63,708 nucleotides of DNA. It comes from Vicugna vicugna. Its lineage: Eukaryota. The notes below the pieces were generated by a model. It did no database searches. It was not told the DNA's origin and saw only the letters and a list, made by a program, of their open reading frames with translations. Made by a program: the position numbers and the translations under genes. The stretch lies in assembly GCA_013265495.1 (NCBI GenBank), contig MU061168.1, positions 62,001 through 125,708 of the forward strand. The letters are read 5' to 3'. This document shows positions 59,561 to 63,708 of this stretch, piece after piece (the first letter of the stretch is position 1; each line of letters starts with the position of its first letter).

Positions 59561-60639
59561 AGACCCCTGTGTTTTTTCAAATGACAGATAAAATGATGGC
59601 TTGATACCTAACGCTAGATCTGGTCACTCACAGTTACCAATGGAAAACAAGCAGGCAGACTTGACAGGTTTTCAAAAAACATGCAGGGCTAGGAGTTTCC
59701 CCCTGAAACTCCACAGCAGTAGACTTAGAGGGTAAGCCTTACATTTGAAGGTATGAAGAAAAGGATGTCTACCCATTAGAGATGGAGAACTTAGAAAACT
59801 CATTGTCACACGAATTGGCTATTGATTTACATACAGTTGTTTTCCCAAATGTTCAGAGAAAATGTGGAAGCGGAGCCACAGTAGACCATATAAGGGAGTG
59901 GGAATTTGGGACCCATCCAGGAATCTATCTGTGTCTATAACAGCCCTTGCCTTCTGGCCTCACCCACATTCTGAGCTTAATACCTGCAAAGCCCCTCTCT
60001 GGCTTTTGGTCACAGCTACCTCAACTCAGACCCAGCAGGAAGTTGCTGTTTCACCACTATGCCTGGTTGATGGAAGAAGCATCCTAGGGTCTAGGTTACC
60101 TTATTCAGGACTCTGTGGCTAGCTATGTTCTCAGCCACAGCCCTCAGCCTCTAGTCATTTGGGAAAGTAATTACAGTAGCCATCAGCTATTTCCAGAAGA
60201 CTTGAGGAGAGAGTATTTCTCTAAGACTTTCTTTCCTAAGAAAGCAAACACGCTGGCCATGACCTGTAACCCTCAGAAGATGGGAAGGGGCCTTTGTACA
60301 AATGGACCATCACATCAAGGTGTCTGTGCCTCTTAATTCAAAAGGTAGGTCTCCCCCTGGTGCTGGGCTCTGGGCACTACACCTACCTCACCCTCCCTGG
60401 TGCATCCTGCACCCAGTCTCCCTGGGACCACAGCCCCCAGGAAACAAGCCTGAAAACCACACCTAGTCTGAAGCAGCCTCCAGCCTCCAGAAATCCATGG
60501 GCATGGACAGGTCCACTTCTCAGTCCTGCCCTTCCCGTTCTCCCTCAGGGAACACCAGTAAATATAGAAAGGACTAGGGTAGGGGGGCATTACCAGGTAA
60601 AATTTTCTTCTGCAGGTTGAGAGATTTCAATTTGATTCT

Positions 60640-61060
60640 GTCTTCAGTGCTGCGTTATGATACAGCAAATTCATGATCCCTTCATAGCCATGGAAAGGGT
60701 TATTTTCACTGGCATCTTTCATTTCTGATCACCCTCATCCTCATGTGTCTGCCTGCTGACAAACCAGAGCTGTCAGAGCCACCTGTCACTGCAGGGGGAA
60801 AAATACCTTTTTGACAACTGTATCTTCCTCTAGAAGATACTCTTTGTACCTGACGCCTGCTTCCCAACTTGTGTTTGTGACACTTCTGGTATTTCAAAGA
60901 GCCTCATGAAATTCTCCAAAAAGGAATCTCAAACCCAATTAATTTAAATTCATTTTCATGTTGAATGTGCAGCATGACATATTTAGGAAGGAGGACGTGC
61001 ATCATAAAGTTAAGCAATGGGAGGGCCTTATTATAAAGAAGCAACCTCCCTTATTAAAAG
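60640..61060. promoter_or_regulatory. Candidate enhancer with a cluster of five TGACA/TGTCA (MEIS/PKNOX/TGIF-type) motifs
   Basis: Motifs at 60757, 60771, 60784, 60812 and 60878, followed by caattaatttaaattc. No repeat recognised. Confidence 0.3.
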
Positions 61061-61795
61061 GAAACCCAGAAACTTCTAAGAACCTAAGCAGAGAAGGGCA
61101 CCAGGAGGTGGCACATTGCAGCTGGGGTAGGGGTGGGTGGAGGATGTTTGGTTCTAATTCTGATGCTAGCGTCATGCTGGTAGAGAAACAGTCCTTTCTA
61201 TTTCCCTTTAAATGACACCACCCAATGCTAATAACAACCTGCCCTTCCCTCCGCCAGTCTCACCTACCCCCTCAGATAACATGCCAATGCCATGTGGAGC
61301 CCCAGGAGTTCTCTACTGCATGACAGAATCCAAGCTTGCGTGCTCTATCTCCTGATTCCTGTGTCAGGCTGCTTTTTTGACTTTTGTTTTAATAAAGACC
61401 AACAGAAAATACTGTTTACAGAGGACACATTCAGTAGGGAATTTCTCGTTGTCCAAGTTCAATAGCAACGTCTTGGTGTCAGATTCGGGATGGTGGCCAA
61501 TGTATACACAGTGTCCTTCCTCCTGCAAAATCCCGCAGATGTGTCAAAGACATTTGGAAAAAAAAATCCATGACGGCCTTAAATATATGGAAGAGTGTCA
61601 TCGATGGGACAGAAATTATAAAAAATGTATGGATGATGAAGTACAGATGTGGCTGATTGTTGCAACTCAAAACCATGAGGGAAAAGGCTCGAGCAGCTGT
61701 AAGCACAGGACCTCCCAGGGGAGCCCCAGAGGGTCTCCAGCTTGAGTTTGGCTGTAGAGTGACAATCAGGATTGTTAGCTGGAGGACTGTCTACA

Positions 61796-61940
61796 GCAGC
61801 GGTTTCCAAATTGTTTTGAGTCACGTACTCTTATCACTTAAAAAGAATTAAGCACACATGCACAGTTTATGTAAATGTATCTATCTATAAACTATATACA
61901 TATATTATACTCATTAACAAATATGTCTATGCAATTTATA
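61796..61940. mobile_element. Probable hAT-Charlie MITE fragment
   Basis: cagcagcggtttccaaattgtttt CAG-type terminus after a ctaca target-like flank, followed by an AT-rich body. Family uncertain. Confidence 0.4.
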
Positions 61941-62859
61941 TTTAGTCGAGATTAATTATTAATGATCATCAGTGAGACTTCATCATCTAAGAAGTCATGA
62001 TAGTTTGAAAGTTAGGGACCAAATTCTCATCAGATCTCATAAAAGCATCATGCTTGTCATCACATAATATAGTTAATTAAAGTTAGGCGTATCGGCTTTG
62101 CTATTCTCAAGTTGTTTCTTAGTGTTGGCATTTTAAAATTTTCTTGGATTCACATTTCCTATGCCAAAAATTTTAATCACTTAACCATTTTGAAAGGATT
62201 AGATTCTTTAAAAATGGAATCTATTATCCATAAATCTCCTTAACCAAGAAGATATAAACTGCAATTCACCACAAGACAATTAAACAAGCAAACATGTAGA
62301 TTAAGAAACTCTGTCTTATTCAGGAATGACTCTCCATATGTTAAAATTAGTAAGCCTTATTGTTTTTCATATTTGAGATAAAATTCATGTCAGTGAAAGT
62401 TAAGCTTTTCTTTGCACACCCAGTGAAGCCACTTGCACAGTCCTCAAGAGGGCAACCCCCACTAGTATCCACTGAGGGCTTTTCCTCTGGGCTAGTTGGC
62501 CCTGTGCCTTCCTGGGTCACAAGGAAGTTGGCTGCAGCATCTGTACCTGGCTGGCACTGTGGCCACAGTGTGGGTGTTGGGGGAAGTGGAGAGGAGAGTC
62601 CAGGCACCTCCTAACCTCCTTAGCAGACCAACAGACAGAAACGGAGCATCTCCACTCAAGAGCGAAATGCAGTAAAGTGCTGTGACAGGGGTCAAGGCCA
62701 ATTATTGAGGCAGTGGCGGGAATCGTGAACCTGCCTGTCAGCCCAGGCTCAACATCTGCACTCCCCCTGAGGCCTTGCCCACCATGGCAAAGGGTCCCTT
62801 GTGCGCCTCCTGTACCAAACAGCCTCATCTTTGTTTCATAAACGTGAAAAGTCAGCCAG

Positions 62860-63708
62860 GGCTCGCAAGGCCTTTAAGGAAGATCAACAGCATGAAAGAG
62901 GAAGCCCAAATGAACCAAGACAACAACAAATTAAAGAAATCAAGGAAAGAAAGTGAGTTTAAAATTGTCCTTCTTACTTGAATAGTTAGAGTCTTTTGAG
63001 AAAATATTTGAAAAGAGCAATCTGAGGGAAAAAGAACTATTGAAAATTTGAATTCTGAAAACTGAAATAACAATTAAATAGCAGAGCAGAAAAAAAGAAG
63101 AATGAACATAAATGAAAACCAGAAGAGTAGATGGAAAGACAAGGAAATCTTCCATAGCAAAAAGGCAGAAATGGAAAATTAAAAAGTAAAGATTTTTAAA
63201 CGTGAAGAAAACAGAGTCCAAAGTACATTTAATAGTAATTCCAGCAGGAGAGACCAAAGTCAATGAAGATGAGGAAACCATCAAAGAAAAATAGTGGAGT
63301 CACTTTCAGTCCAGACATGATGATGTAAGCCTGTTTTGCCTGCCTCTTTCATTCTAAGTACAGTTATAAACCCTGGAAATGGAACATGGAACAACCAAAG
63401 AAGATCTCTGAAAGGTTGCAAGAGAAAGGTAAATTGGTTTGGAACTTCAGGCTAGAGCAACAACACGGAGGCAGGGCATTTGCAACCCCCCACCCAACAT
63501 AAGAAGGCTACCCAGACCTGGTATTTCCCAGCCCCCAATCTCATAGTACAAAGCAACCGAGGTAGGTTCATTCTTCCCCTGGATCCAACAGGAGCCCCTC
63601 TGACAACGTCAGGTGAGCCCAACACACCTGGCAAGGGGGATTCATCAGGAGCCAGGGGAGGCGTTGTCTTTTTTCCTCAGGCCTGAGATTCCTCTTTTCC
63701 ACAAAAAG
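62860..63708 (+). mobile_element. Old L1/HAL1 ORF1-like fragment (62860-63300) followed by an L1M 5'-region fragment running off the window
   Basis: A-rich coiled-coil-like tract (ggaaatcttccatagcaaaaaggcagaaatggaaaa, gtaattccagcaggagag), then tgatgtaagcctgttttgcctgcc..aaaccctggaaat. Confidence 0.55.

Noticed and set aside
59692-59712. Hairpin ggagtttc-cccct-gaaactcc resembling a terminator
   Set aside because: 8-bp stems with short loops are expected several times by chance; there is no U-tract and the context is eukaryotic.
1-63708. Mitochondrial insertion, processed pseudogene, snoRNA/snRNA/rRNA or prokaryotic defence system
   Set aside because: None recognised on either strand; composition and repeat content are those of ordinary mammalian non-coding DNA. 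A profile search (Rfam, TBLASTN) could still reveal small exons I cannot see.

Overview
This is mammalian genomic DNA, very probably from a camelid (alpaca, llama or camel). The basis is two tRNA-Ala(AGC)-derived SINE copies of the vic-1 type and a recurring lineage-type L1 3' UTR. I found no protein-coding exon, functional RNA gene, CpG island, CRISPR array or prokaryotic system, and I cannot name the locus; it looks like a large intron or intergenic interval. By eye, at least half of it is decayed transposable elements: L2, MIR, L3/CR1, old and young L1, HAL1, hAT MITEs (MER5A, MER58A), solo LTRs (MER21, MLT1, LTR16) and two internally deleted class III (ERVL-type) proviral remnants with hand-translatable gag, protease and RT motifs. 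The supplied ORFs are chance ORFs or TE remnants. I did not find evidence for a new biological system. The most notable observations are local copy or capture events that retrotransposition alone does not explain: (1) a perfect 56-bp copy of a decayed ERVL RT segment placed 1.64 kb away in the same provirus, (2) a ~155-bp L1 piece found 41 kb away at ~86% identity, and (3) an ~878-bp segment without a target-site duplication (TSD) splitting an L1MC3 element. There is also a 138-bp 5'-inverted (twin-primed) L1 and three repeat-free, homeodomain/MEIS-motif-rich blocks that are candidate enhancers. Repeat family names come from recalled consensus sequences, not a database search, and most repeat boundaries are approximate (tens of bp).
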